Shown piece by piece: positions 1-10,900 of a stretch of DNA of 64,000 nt. The notes beneath the pieces are model-generated. The model searched no databases, was not told the origin of the DNA, and saw nothing but the letters and a program-made list of their open reading frames with translations. The first letter of the stretch is position 1. Each line of letters opens with the position of its first letter. The stretch lies in assembly GCA_041653675.1 (NCBI GenBank), contig JBAZEY010000003.1:13284-77283 (forward strand), given 5' to 3'. The position numbers and the translations under genes are program-made. Source of the stretch: Patescibacteria group bacterium. Its GTDB lineage: Bacteria; Patescibacteriota; Patescibacteriia; XYB2-FULL-38-15.

Positions 1-650
1 TAATCACTCTTGTTTTTATATCTCTGGTCTCTTTATGGAGGGCGCCCATTAGTTTAGCCTTGATGAATTCTGAAAGCTATATTAATTGGATGGATTCCTT
101 AAATTTCGGGGGAGAAGAAACTTCTACCTCAACAAATTATAAATTTCAAGATACATTGGGGGAAATTGGAACAGGAAGAATTACAAGCACTAATTACGCC
201 GGATTGATAGGGTTTCGTCAAACTGAGTCAGACCCCAAAATGACTTTTACAATTTCTGGGAATACAATTGATTTTGGTACTTTAACCACAAGTGGTGTTT
301 CTTCTGACAGTATCACGATCACAACTACAACGAACGCAGTTGATGGTTACGTGACAACAATTTACGAAACGGAAAATTTAAAAACTTTGGGAAGTGCTGA
401 CATTGATGATGTGGCGGATGGAACCGTATCTGCCGGTTCAGAAGAATATGGAATTATAACTTCTGGTGCAGCCGGGCAGATGAATGGAGCTGACACAGCT
501 ATCACAACTTCGCCGCAGGCAGTAGCATTATATAGCAGCTGGGTGAACGGAAGCACGGTGACAATTACTTTTAAAGCGGCAATTTCATCAACGACAGGAG
601 CTGGTGCTTATTCACATGCCGTCACGTTGGTTTCCACTGGAAGATTTTAG
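1..650 (+). CDS. Secreted WxL-like/pilin-like surface protein, 5'-truncated by the window
   Basis: Frame is open from position 3 (ITLVFISLVSLWRAPISLA, signal-like) into ORF 60..650. Thr/Ser-rich; C-terminus GAYSHAVTLVSTGRF matches that of the next gene. Confidence 0.6.
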   Translation, partial: ITLVFISLVSLWRAPISLALMNSESYINWMDSLNFGGEETSTSTNYKFQDTLGEIGTGRITSTNYAGLIGFRQTESDPKMTFTISGNTIDFGTLTTSGVSSDSITITTTTNAVDGYVTTIYETENLKTLGSADIDDVADGTVSAGSEEYGIITSGAAGQMNGADTAITTSPQAVALYSSWVNGSTVTITFKAAISSTTGAGAYSHAVTLVSTGRF

Positions 651-680
651 GATTACAATATATAAATAATTTTAAAAAAT

Positions 681-1766
681 ATGAAAAGGAAAATTTCAAA
701 CAAAAAAATTATTCAAATCACTGTCGTGAGTATGATTTTGTTTACGGTCTTTCCGCTTTTATCGGTTCATGCCGCGGCTTTGTCGAGCATCACGGACACG
801 CTAACTCGTTTAAAGGCCAGCACAGTTTCAAATCATACTATTAAGTTTGTCCAACTTACTGGCGTGGCTGCTGGACAAAAGGTAAAGGTAACTTTTCCGA
901 CGGGTTTTGCGATGGGTACAGTTGATTATACAGACGTTGATTTGGCTGAAGGCAGTACAAACAATTGTTCCTCGGCCGTCTTTACGGATAAAGTTTTAGC
1001 GGCAGCACCAACGGGCGCTACTTGGGGCGCGGTTGTTGCCGGACAAGTTTTAACTTTTACTTCTGATACGGACACAATTACTGCCGACAGGTGTGTTTTG
1101 GTTGAAGTGGGAACAAATGCGACGAGCGGCGGTGCAGGAGATCAACAGGTAACAAACTCTACTGCGGGAAATGATAAATTGATGGCCATAGCTACAACCA
1201 CGGCAGCTGACGCAGAGATTGATGCGGGCACTTTAGCTCTTTCAATTATTTCTGAAGATCAGGTAACGGTGACTGCCACTGTTAACGCGACTTTTACTTT
1301 TACTATTTCTTCAAGCTCTTGCGCTTTAGGGACGCTTTCAACTTCAAACGTCCAGACTTGTAGCGTAACCTTGACTACGAGTACTAATGCTGTCGGCGGC
1401 TATACCACTACAGTTGTGGGGACAGCTACTGGCGCTGAATTAGTGCACGCCAATTTAACGGACAATATTGATAATGCAACAGGAATTGAGGTTAATGCTG
1501 GGTCAGAAGAATTTGGAATAGGTACGAGTGATTCGGGGGTTGATATTGTAACGGAATCTGATTGCGCCGGAGCTGATGGGGGAGCTGCGGCTGATGCCGA
1601 ATCAATTGACACGGTTGGAGATAATACTGCCGCTTCAGTTGCCTCCGCGGCTGGTCCAGTTTCTGGTGATGCGACGACAGCTTGTTTTGCCGCTTCCATT
1701 GCCGGGTCAACCGTTGCCGGTTCTTACACCGCTACAACGACATTTATTTCTACTGGAACATTTTAA
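681..1766 (+). CDS. Secreted WxL-like surface subunit
   Basis: Signal peptide (…SVHA). C-terminal domain is paralogous to the upstream gene (TTSTNAVGGY, AGSEEFG, GSYTATTTFISTGTF); N-terminal domain is shared with 2980..5247. Confidence 0.65.
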   Translation: MKRKISNKKIIQITVVSMILFTVFPLLSVHAAALSSITDTLTRLKASTVSNHTIKFVQLTGVAAGQKVKVTFPTGFAMGTVDYTDVDLAEGSTNNCSSAVFTDKVLAAAPTGATWGAVVAGQVLTFTSDTDTITADRCVLVEVGTNATSGGAGDQQVTNSTAGNDKLMAIATTTAADAEIDAGTLALSIISEDQVTVTATVNATFTFTISSSSCALGTLSTSNVQTCSVTLTTSTNAVGGYTTTVVGTATGAELVHANLTDNIDNATGIEVNAGSEEFGIGTSDSGVDIVTESDCAGADGGAAADAESIDTVGDNTAASVASAAGPVSGDATTACFAASIAGSTVAGSYTATTTFISTGTF

Positions 1767-1831
1767 TTTCTAAATTATTTTAAAATAACATACAGGCCGC
1801 GATATTTTTCACGACTTGTTAGGGGGAAGGT

Positions 1832-2821
1832 ATGAAAAATTTTTTTTTCGTGAGTACGCTCGCCGCTTTAATTTTTGCGCTAGCGCCGATTTCCGCATTT
1901 GCAATAACGGTTTCTCCGCCAATTATAGAATTTGATGCGCGGCCAGGAGACGTTATAGTGGATACTATAAAATTGTATAACGAAACAACAGAGGCCCAAA
2001 CTTTGAACGGGGCGGTGCAAACATTTAAAGCGTTAAATGAAACTGGCGCTCCCTCATTTCTTCCACCCGAGCAGTCGACTGATTTAGCGACTTGGCTAAA
2101 ACTCGATGAGTCCGCGGTTACCCTGAAGGCTGACGAGAGAAAAGATATTTTGTTTAGCATAAATGTTCCTGTTGATGCTGAACCGGGCGGCCATTATGCC
2201 GGAATTCTTTGGACGCCGGCTGGCACAACCACGCTTGAGGGCAGCGGGGTTGGTATCACCGTTAAAACTGGCACTTTGATTTTAGTCAGGGTCGCGGGTG
2301 ATATTACTGAAACAGGCCGGTTAATTAGTTTTACCGCCGACAAAACTTCTTACAATTATTTGCCCGCTAATTTTTCTGTCCGTTTTGAAAATTTAGGAAA
2401 CGTCCATTTGAAACCAGTTGGCACTATTGAAATCAGTAATTTATTGGGAAGAAAAGTTACCTCACTTCCGATCAACGGAGACCTGTCTAATGTCCTTCCA
2501 GATTCAATCAGAAAATTTGACGCGACTTGGCAAAAAACGGAAGAGCCTCTCGGCGCATCCGAATGGCAAAGAGAAAGAGAAAATTTTGCTTGGGGTAAAT
2601 ATACGGCGACTCTTAATTTAGATTACGGAGTGGAGGGGCAGAAAACTACGGCCTCACTTGTGTTTTGGGTTTTTCCGTGGCGCGTAACCCTTTTCTATCT
2701 CGCCATAGCTTTGGTCATAATTATTCTTATAATTATCGGTATCAAAAGTTACAATAAGTGGCTTATTAAAAAGTATAGCCAGGGAAATAGTCCGGTGGAT
2801 GATAAAAAGATTGAAGAATAG
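1832..2821 (+). CDS. DUF916/WxL-interacting-like (chaperone-like) membrane-anchored protein
   Basis: Signal peptide; motifs ITVSPP, VPVDAEPGGHYAGI, FENLGNVHLKP; C-terminal TM with basic tail. Confidence 0.7.
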   Translation: MKNFFFVSTLAALIFALAPISAFAITVSPPIIEFDARPGDVIVDTIKLYNETTEAQTLNGAVQTFKALNETGAPSFLPPEQSTDLATWLKLDESAVTLKADERKDILFSINVPVDAEPGGHYAGILWTPAGTTTLEGSGVGITVKTGTLILVRVAGDITETGRLISFTADKTSYNYLPANFSVRFENLGNVHLKPVGTIEISNLLGRKVTSLPINGDLSNVLPDSIRKFDATWQKTEEPLGASEWQRERENFAWGKYTATLNLDYGVEGQKTTASLVFWVFPWRVTLFYLAIALVIIILIIIGIKSYNKWLIKKYSQGNSPVDDKKIEE

Positions 2822-2979
2822 TTCAATAATTTTATTGATGTCCTCTGATTTTTCGGAGGACAAAATAAGATCGTTGATGTTTCAAAAAACAAAAAACAAA
2901 AATCAAAAGTTATATTTTATTTTCTAGCTTCTCAAGCTTTTGACGTTTGTCTTTTGAGTTTTGAATTTATAGGAGGCGC

Positions 2980-5247
2980 ATGAAAAAATTAATCAAAAGA
3001 AAAGGCGTCGTAATCCTAATCGCGGTTTTTGTTTTGACTAGCCTTTTTACTATATATAATCAATCTGAAGCTAGTTCTCTTTCTTCGGTGAGTGATACTT
3101 TGAGCCGACAAAAGATTAGCGTGGCGGCTAATCACGAATTCGCTTTTACCTTGTCCTCGGGCACGACGGTCGTAGAAGATGAAACTATCACGGTAACATT
3201 TCCATCAACCTTTGCGTCGGGCCTGGATGGGATTGATTGCGGCGACATTGATTTATTAGAGGATTCTGTCCAAGAAAATTTAAATAATGAAGCCGGCGGT
3301 TGCGCGGCCACGGCGACGGAGTGGGGTGCGGCAGTCAGCGCGCGAATTTTGACTCTCACAGCGCCGTCTACGGCGGCAACCTATATGGATGCGAGTTCGG
3401 CCGTAATTATCCGGATTGGGGCAAACACTACGGAAGAAGGAGTGGGCGGAGAACAAATTATAAATCCTGCGAGTATTGGAAGCCACATAATTCATATAGG
3501 CGGAACATTTGGTGTTTCAAGTAATATTGCCATTGCCATTGTGACGGATGATCAAGTCGGTGTTGGCGCGAATATTAGCGCACCGACGGGCGGAGGCGCG
3601 CCTGGAACTGGTGTTACACCGCCGATTGTTTCAAATATAAGAGTTGAAAATATTCTTCAAACATCAGCAACTGTTCTTTGGGATACCAACGAACCCGCGA
3701 CTTCAGTTGTAAATTATGGCTTATCAAATAGTTATGGATCAAGCGCGACGGGTGATGTTGGCGGATTGGTAACGAGCCACAGAGTTGATTTGTCGGGGTT
3801 GACCGCCGATGCGATTTATCACTTTCAAATAGTAACAGCCGACGCGGGAGGAGCCGCGACAACCACGGGCGACGATGTCTTTGAAACTCTTTCCGGTCCG
3901 GATATAACTCCTCCGACGATTTCCGGTATTAGCGCGATCAATATAACACAAGTTGGAGCTACTGTTATTTGGACAACCAACGAACCAGCGAATTCAAAAG
4001 TAGAATACGGCTTAACTGACGCGTATGAGTTGGGAGAAGTAAGTGCCACAGATTTTGTCACGTCGCATAGTTTGGCGGTTTCAGGACTTTTGGAAAATAC
4101 AACTTATCATTTCCGCGTGACCTCGGCCGATGCTTCGGGCAATACGACGGTCTCGGGCGACAATACTTTTGTAACCTTGGCTCCGCCTGACGCGATTCCT
4201 CCGATTATTTCAAATATCAGAGTTATCAATATTACAGAAACATCGGCGACCGTAACTTGGGAAACAGATGAACGAACTACCTCCCGCGTGAGATTTGGGT
4301 TAACGGGTACTTATACCGCGGGTAATATTTTTTCCGCAGATTTGGTCACGACGCATAGCGTTAATTTAAGTTCCTTGACTCGGAGCACGCTCTATCATTT
4401 TGAAGTTTCTTCAGTTGATGGTTATGGCAATACTACGACTTCCGCGGATCAGATTTTTTCTACTTTACCCGACGCGATTCCTCCGGCCAACGTTACGGAT
4501 TTCACGGCAGTTCCAACGGCGGATTTAACAATACTTTTGAACTGGATAAATCCAGCCGATCCGGACTTCGCTGGGGTTTTGATAAAGAGAAGTTTTACGG
4601 ATTATCCGGCAAATCCCACAGAAGGCGAGATAGCCTTTGATGGCATGGCGACTTCATTTGAAGATACTAGTATTACACCCGCTAATTATAATCAGCCAAT
4701 TTATTACACAGCTTTTGCTTATGATGCGGCTGGAAATTTTGCTTCGGGCGCTATGGCAGAAGCGACAATCTCGGCTGAAATTACTTTGGAGGTTAAGGCT
4801 TGGCCAGAAAAAAGATGGCCGCGGAGCGGGAACTGGTCAACGGATGGTACGATTGAAATGCGGGAACCAGCAGATGGGACCGTTGTAGACGAGGGCACGG
4901 TTACAACTTCTGATCTTGGACAAGGCACGATTCGATTTGCTTCAACTCCCGTCGGAAACTATGATATCGGTTTTAAGGGTTTGTCTCATTTGCGAAAAAT
5001 TTTGCGCAATGTCCCGCTTGCGAGCGGCGTAAATTCTGTAGATTTTACTTTAGGAAATATTTTTTATCTTTTAGCCGGAGACGTGCATCGCTCGTCTGAC
5101 AATGTAGTAAACGCTTTGGATATTTCTACTTTGCTTGGTGCTCTTTCTACCAGTAATAATGTTGTTGACTTAAATAATGATACTGGGGTTAATTCTTTGG
5201 ATATAAATATCTTGTTGGCTAACCTAATGAAGGTTGGAGATAATTAA
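2980..5247 (+). CDS. Secreted multi-FN3 protein with C-terminal dockerin-like domain
   Basis: Three repeats of type SATVxWxTNEPAxSxVxYG…HxVxLSGL…YHF plus a further FN3. C-terminal duplicated Ca-binding repeat GDVHRSSDNVVNALDI…DLNNDTGVNSLDI. SD aggagg. Confidence 0.75.
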   Translation: MKKLIKRKGVVILIAVFVLTSLFTIYNQSEASSLSSVSDTLSRQKISVAANHEFAFTLSSGTTVVEDETITVTFPSTFASGLDGIDCGDIDLLEDSVQENLNNEAGGCAATATEWGAAVSARILTLTAPSTAATYMDASSAVIIRIGANTTEEGVGGEQIINPASIGSHIIHIGGTFGVSSNIAIAIVTDDQVGVGANISAPTGGGAPGTGVTPPIVSNIRVENILQTSATVLWDTNEPATSVVNYGLSNSYGSSATGDVGGLVTSHRVDLSGLTADAIYHFQIVTADAGGAATTTGDDVFETLSGPDITPPTISGISAINITQVGATVIWTTNEPANSKVEYGLTDAYELGEVSATDFVTSHSLAVSGLLENTTYHFRVTSADASGNTTVSGDNTFVTLAPPDAIPPIISNIRVINITETSATVTWETDERTTSRVRFGLTGTYTAGNIFSADLVTTHSVNLSSLTRSTLYHFEVSSVDGYGNTTTSADQIFSTLPDAIPPANVTDFTAVPTADLTILLNWINPADPDFAGVLIKRSFTDYPANPTEGEIAFDGMATSFEDTSITPANYNQPIYYTAFAYDAAGNFASGAMAEATISAEITLEVKAWPEKRWPRSGNWSTDGTIEMREPADGTVVDEGTVTTSDLGQGTIRFASTPVGNYDIGFKGLSHLRKILRNVPLASGVNSVDFTLGNIFYLLAGDVHRSSDNVVNALDISTLLGALSTSNNVVDLNNDTGVNSLDINILLANLMKVGDN

Positions 5248-5265
5248 TCATTAGATTTATATATT

Positions 5266-7905
5266 ATGAGGAGGATAATTTACACGATCGCCGCAGTTGG
5301 ATTTAGTTTTTTTCTTGGCCATGCCGTCTTGGCCGCTCGTTTTGAATTATCTCCGGCTACAACAGGATTTATTACTGGCTGTGATTCGGCAGTAAACATT
5401 GAAATTAATACCGAGGGAGAAACTTCTGATGCCGCAAATATTTTGATTCATTATAATCCCGCGCAAATTGAAATTGTTGATTCTAATCCCGCAGCGGGTG
5501 GAGTTCAAATAAGAAATGGCAATGCGTATGAAGCATATGCTGATAATATTGTTTTGCCGGCTGAAGGATTGATTCGCTTAACAGGATTTTCTTTTTTGGA
5601 ACAGCTTACCGGCCAGGCTACTTTGGGCACAATTATTTTCCGTCCGCGAGCGGGCGCGGCCGGTACGGACATCACGATAGAATATGTTGCTGGCAGCACG
5701 ACCGATAGTAATGTTGCTGAATATATAACAAGCGATGATCTTTTGACTGGCGTAACAAACGGTTCTTATACCTTCCGCGGCGGTTCTTGCGTGGCTGATG
5801 TCACGCCGCCGAATGTCACAAATCCCGATCCGACGCCAGATGAACATGATGTGCCGCTTGATTCAAATGTTACTTTTGACATTCACGACAGCCAATCAGG
5901 AGTTGATCTTGATACATTAACCATAAATGTTGACGGCGTCGTTTACACGCGAGACGGCGTAAATAGATTTTCTTTTGTCGGGACACCTGAATCGTATGCG
6001 GTAGCAATTAATCCAGATGCGGATTTTACTCCGGGTGCCACGGTTCTTGTAGAAATCAATGCAGCAGATTTATCAGGGAACGCGATGACGGCTTATCGTT
6101 ATATCTTTAATCAGCCGGCTGGACCTCCACTCATTCCGCCATCTTGTGAGGCTCTTGGTTGCGCCGCTCCCGCCGCTTGCACGGCCGAGCCGGTTCTTCC
6201 GGAAGACATTGCAGAGGAACCGACCGTTCCGGAATCACAAGCCCTAGATCTTGAAGATTTTTCTTTTTACGTGGCTGACGGCACCCTCAAAATTTATCCA
6301 ACAAGAAGCGGAGAACTTGTCACTTTATTAAATTCACCGCTTGTCTTTTCTATTTCTGAAAGTAAATTTCCACGTGAAGTAGAAAGGGTCGCTCTGACAA
6401 TGAACGGATTTTCTTACCTTTTGGGTTATAGTGATCAGGCTGACGCGCGGCAAACAACAATTCAAACGCCGCCCGGAGCTGGTCGCTTGGCATTTTCAAT
6501 TTTGATTGATTATATTGACGGAGCCCACGACAGAGTTGATGGGACGCTCAATCTTTTATCTAAAGGTTTTATTTGGCAAGGAACAACAGCCGGTAAATTA
6601 GCCGGAGCTAAAGTAACTCTTTATGAAGAGTACGCCAGCTTCCGCGTTTGGGATGCTGCTCCTTACCATCAAATCAATCCGCAAACAACTGATTCTTCTG
6701 GCCAATTTTCTTTCTTGGTTCCTCCTGGCCGTTATTATTTGCTTGTTCAAAAAGATGGATACCGCGATCAAGCTACTACGGTTTTTGAAATAGCCAACAA
6801 TGTTGTGAATCCTGGCGTGGAAATTCTTGTCGTTCCGCCGACGTTTGCCGAGGTCTGGGATCCGGCTGCGCCAGTCACGGAAAATATTCAGAATGTCGCC
6901 CAAAATATTGGTGAAAAAACAATTTATGCTACCGAAGTTATTCGTAAAGATGTTTTGGATAATCCCGAAGTAGAAAAAACAAATGAAAGCATTGCCGCGC
7001 CGGCCGTGGCCGCAGTGGCAATCGTAAGTTATGGGACAGCGATTTCTCTCGGTTCACTTTTGCCATTTTTACAATTACTTTTTACTCAACCCATCCTTCT
7101 CCTTTTTCCAAAAAGACGAAAAGGCTGGGGCATTGTTTTTCATTCTTTATCAAAAATGCCGGTGGATCTTGCGATTGTCCGGCTTTATGAAAAAGTTACC
7201 GGCCGACTCGTGCAGACTCGCGTTACCGACAAAGAAGGCCGCTTTGCTTTCTTTGTTCAGCCGGGCCAATATTTTATCAAAGTTGTTAAACCGAATTTTT
7301 CTTTCCCGACGGGATATTTAAAAAATAAAAAAGAGGATGTTAAATATTTAGATCTTTATCACGGCGAAGAGATTACAGTGACGGAAAAAAATACGCTTGT
7401 CACACCGAATATTCCGATTGATCCGGTGGAAGCGGAGCGCGGCAAACCGGATAGGAGAATTGTTCTCGCGCATTTTGGCAGAAAAGTTCAAAATGTTGCC
7501 GCCCTCTTGGGAGTTATCTTCGCTGCAATTTCAGTTTTAATTTCTCCAAAACTTTGGATGGTGGGAATTTTGATTGGCCATTGCTTGCTCTACATACTTT
7601 TCCGAAGGCTCGCTCGCAGCAGAAAACCAAAAAGCTGGGGCATTGTTTATGAAACGAAAACTAAAGCGCCGGTCGGCCTTACCGTGGCAAGAATTTTTGA
7701 AACCGAATATAACAAGTTGCTTGAAACTCAAGTTACCGATGGTCGAGGCCGTTACGCGTTCTTGGTTGGAAATAGTTCTTATTATGTGACTTTCAGCAAA
7801 CCGGGATTTTCGCCAAAACGGACGGAAACAATTGATCTCCGCGGAAGAAAAGAAGGAGCAGCAGTGGGATTGGACGTGGGGTTGGACTTAGAAAAAACAT
7901 CATAA
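5266..7905 (+). CDS. Membrane-anchored protein with N-terminal cohesin-like domain, Ig-like and carboxypeptidase-regulatory-like domains
   Basis: N-terminal FELSP…VNIEINT…ILIHYNPAQIEIV…LGTIIFR (cohesin-like). Repeated TDxxGxFxFLVxPGxYYL motifs. TM helices in the C-terminal third. Confidence 0.7.
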   Translation: MRRIIYTIAAVGFSFFLGHAVLAARFELSPATTGFITGCDSAVNIEINTEGETSDAANILIHYNPAQIEIVDSNPAAGGVQIRNGNAYEAYADNIVLPAEGLIRLTGFSFLEQLTGQATLGTIIFRPRAGAAGTDITIEYVAGSTTDSNVAEYITSDDLLTGVTNGSYTFRGGSCVADVTPPNVTNPDPTPDEHDVPLDSNVTFDIHDSQSGVDLDTLTINVDGVVYTRDGVNRFSFVGTPESYAVAINPDADFTPGATVLVEINAADLSGNAMTAYRYIFNQPAGPPLIPPSCEALGCAAPAACTAEPVLPEDIAEEPTVPESQALDLEDFSFYVADGTLKIYPTRSGELVTLLNSPLVFSISESKFPREVERVALTMNGFSYLLGYSDQADARQTTIQTPPGAGRLAFSILIDYIDGAHDRVDGTLNLLSKGFIWQGTTAGKLAGAKVTLYEEYASFRVWDAAPYHQINPQTTDSSGQFSFLVPPGRYYLLVQKDGYRDQATTVFEIANNVVNPGVEILVVPPTFAEVWDPAAPVTENIQNVAQNIGEKTIYATEVIRKDVLDNPEVEKTNESIAAPAVAAVAIVSYGTAISLGSLLPFLQLLFTQPILLLFPKRRKGWGIVFHSLSKMPVDLAIVRLYEKVTGRLVQTRVTDKEGRFAFFVQPGQYFIKVVKPNFSFPTGYLKNKKEDVKYLDLYHGEEITVTEKNTLVTPNIPIDPVEAERGKPDRRIVLAHFGRKVQNVAALLGVIFAAISVLISPKLWMVGILIGHCLLYILFRRLARSRKPKSWGIVYETKTKAPVGLTVARIFETEYNKLLETQVTDGRGRYAFLVGNSSYYVTFSKPGFSPKRTETIDLRGRKEGAAVGLDVGLDLEKTS

Positions 7906-7991
7906 AATTCAATACTTCATACAAAAAAATCAAAAAAGAAAAAATAAAAAAGTCGAAATAAAAAGCAAAAGCAAAAACAAAAAGTACCCAT

Positions 7992-10900
7992 ATGTTTAGT
8001 TCAGGAGGAGAAAAACCTAATATTAAATTACCATCCCAAAGCGGAACCAACTTAACTTTGTTGGTGTTTGCTTTGGGTATTTTGTCATTAGCAAGTATTG
8101 GAGTAATGACTCTTTCTGTTGTGAAACAACTTCGGCCGACAGCGTTCACGGCAATTAATAAACAGCTGAACTATCAAGGTAAATTACAAAACGCGGGAGG
8201 CATAACGCTCGCGGACGGAAATTACTCAATGAAGTTTTCCATTTACGACGATCCAACCGTCGGCTCGAGACTTTGGACAGAATGTGGCACAGTCGGTACG
8301 CCGACGGCTCGTACCGTCGCGGTTGCGAACGGGGTTTTCTCGGTGATGCTCGGAGATACAAATTCCAATTCTTGTCCCGGTGGAACGGATTCCAACGCCA
8401 TCACACTGGATTTTAATAGTGACAGTTATTATCTTGGTTTTACCGTGGAGTCCGATTCAGAAATGCTTCCGAGAAAACGATTGGGTGCTTCGGGTTACGC
8501 TTTCAACGCGGATTTATTAGACGGATTTAATACTTCAGCCGCCGGCGGTTCGGTCGCTTTCGTGCCGGTGACGGACGCAAGCGGACATTTAACTTTGACG
8601 CAAAATTTAATTTTGGGTGGAGTTTTAAAAAATGCAGACGGTACTGTCGGCGCGCCGAGCTATACCTTCACGAGCGACCTTGATACAGGACTTTATTATT
8701 CAGCGACACAAATAAATATTGGTGTCGGCGGAAGCACGGTGGCAAATGTAAGCGCTTCGGGTTTAGCCGTAGATACGGTCAAAACTTTAACCGCGACGAC
8801 TTTAACTTTAAAAGGCACGGTTGCCGACGGCGGAACAGCTGTTGGCGCGACGATTGGTTCCAACAGTACTCTTTCTACTACCGGCGCGAAACTTGCTTCC
8901 TTTGTAAACAACACTACTGAGAAAGCATATATAGATAAAGATGGTTATTGGAACGCCCCTAATGGTGCGGCTGGCACTCCTTCAATTACTTTTGCAAATG
9001 ATAAAGATAATGGATTTTTTTATTCTTCCGCTAATAATTGGCGGGCGGTTGCTAACGGAACTGCTATTTTAGAATTTGATGCAAGTGGCATTTATGTTGG
9101 TGGTTCAGGAAACATAGGGTCAGGTAATAATATTACTCTTACTCTTAAGAGTTTTCAGGTCGATGGTGCCGCAAATGTTGCAGTTGCTCAGGATACTTAT
9201 TATGCGTTTGTAACTGCTGGAGCTAAACTTTTTTCTTGGAAAAATCATCAAGTTGAAAAAGCATATGTTGATTATCTAGGCTCGTTCAACGCCGGAGCGG
9301 GGACAAATCTTTTACCAGCGTATTCGTTTGTTGGCGATCCAAATACTGGAATATATAATCCGAGTGCAGACCGTGTAGATTTAGTCGCAGGAGGAACCGT
9401 TCAACTCGCAATAACCTCTGGCACTATTTATTTTGATAATATGAGGGCTTTGAACTTGGTGAGTCTTGGATTAAGAGGGGCGATTGCCGACGGAGCAAGT
9501 GCGATCGGCACAAAAATGGGAAATGCTATAGCTCTTACCACTGCTGGAGCAAAGATTGTAAGTTTTTATAATGATGCTTGGGTAACTGAAAAAGCATATA
9601 TTGATAAAGACGGAAATTTTTATGGCCCCGGGGCAAATTTTTCCGGTCTCTCTGTCTCGTCGGCTGTTTATACCGACGCTTCAAAAAATTTAACTTCTAC
9701 AGCTCCGGCCACGGGCACGATTGGATATTGGTCCCGCGCCACGACAACTTTGTCTCCAGCTACAGCCAATGATATTGTCGCGGTCACCGGCAACTCCGGA
9801 GATCTTTTAACTTTAACTTCAACCGCAACCGGCGCTTCTAACAAAGCTTTAAGTATTGCCGCTTCCGGCGCAACAGTTGGCACAGATTACGGCGCATATA
9901 TTTCAAATACCGGCGCGGCCACAACAAATGTCGGTCTCTACACGACCGCCTCTGGCGCAACAAATAACTACGCTGCGATTTTTGACGCGGGGTATGTTGG
10001 TATTGGTAATACAACTCCAACAGCGTCTTTGACTTTAACTCAGGCTGCCGGCACGACTGGCACTCCCTCAGCTTTTATTATTACGGGGGGTGCTCACACC
10101 GGAATAACTGCGGCGACAGAAGATATTGGGGTGAATTTAAATTTTTCAGCGAATAAAACTTGGGCGGCCGGCGCCGGACCATTGGCCACTCAAAGGGAAG
10201 TCGTGGTTCAAGCCCCAACTTATATTGGTGATGTAGGCGGAGCATTGACCATGACTGATGCGGCGACATTCTATATCTCTGGTGCGCCTACGGCCGGGGC
10301 GAATATGACTATTAGTAATCCGTGGGCATTATGGATTGATGCCGGAAATGTTAGACTAGATGGAAATTTAAAAGTAGATTCACTTTCCGCTTCCTCCGCT
10401 GTTTATACTGACGCTTCCAAAAATTTAACTTCAACCCCGCCTGCTACGGGCGCGATCGGATATTGGTCTCGTACCGGCACGACTCTCTCTCCCGCGACGG
10501 CGAATGATGTGGTTAATGTCGATTCCAATACTGTGGGTGCAGCTATTAGTTCTACGGCGACGAATAGTGGCGCGGTTGCAAACTCTGGCGGTAATTTTTT
10601 GGCTGCCGGAACTAGCGGAGCAATGGGCGTTTATGGTGGCGCGAGCGGCGCTGGCACGGTTTACGGTGTTTATGGCCAAGCTTCTAATCCTGGGGCAGTA
10701 ACAAATTATGGTGTTTATGGAACGGCCGCCGGAGATACGGGCGTCGGTGTTTTTGGCTCTGCTACGGACACTGGCGCAGCTATAAACTACGGCGGTTACT
10801 TTACGGCCGCTGGAACGGGTGGCGCAGTTGGTATTTATAGTGAAGCGACTGGAACTGGCGGTGCGGCTGTTTCCGGTCTAGCTAGTGCTACTACCAGTGC

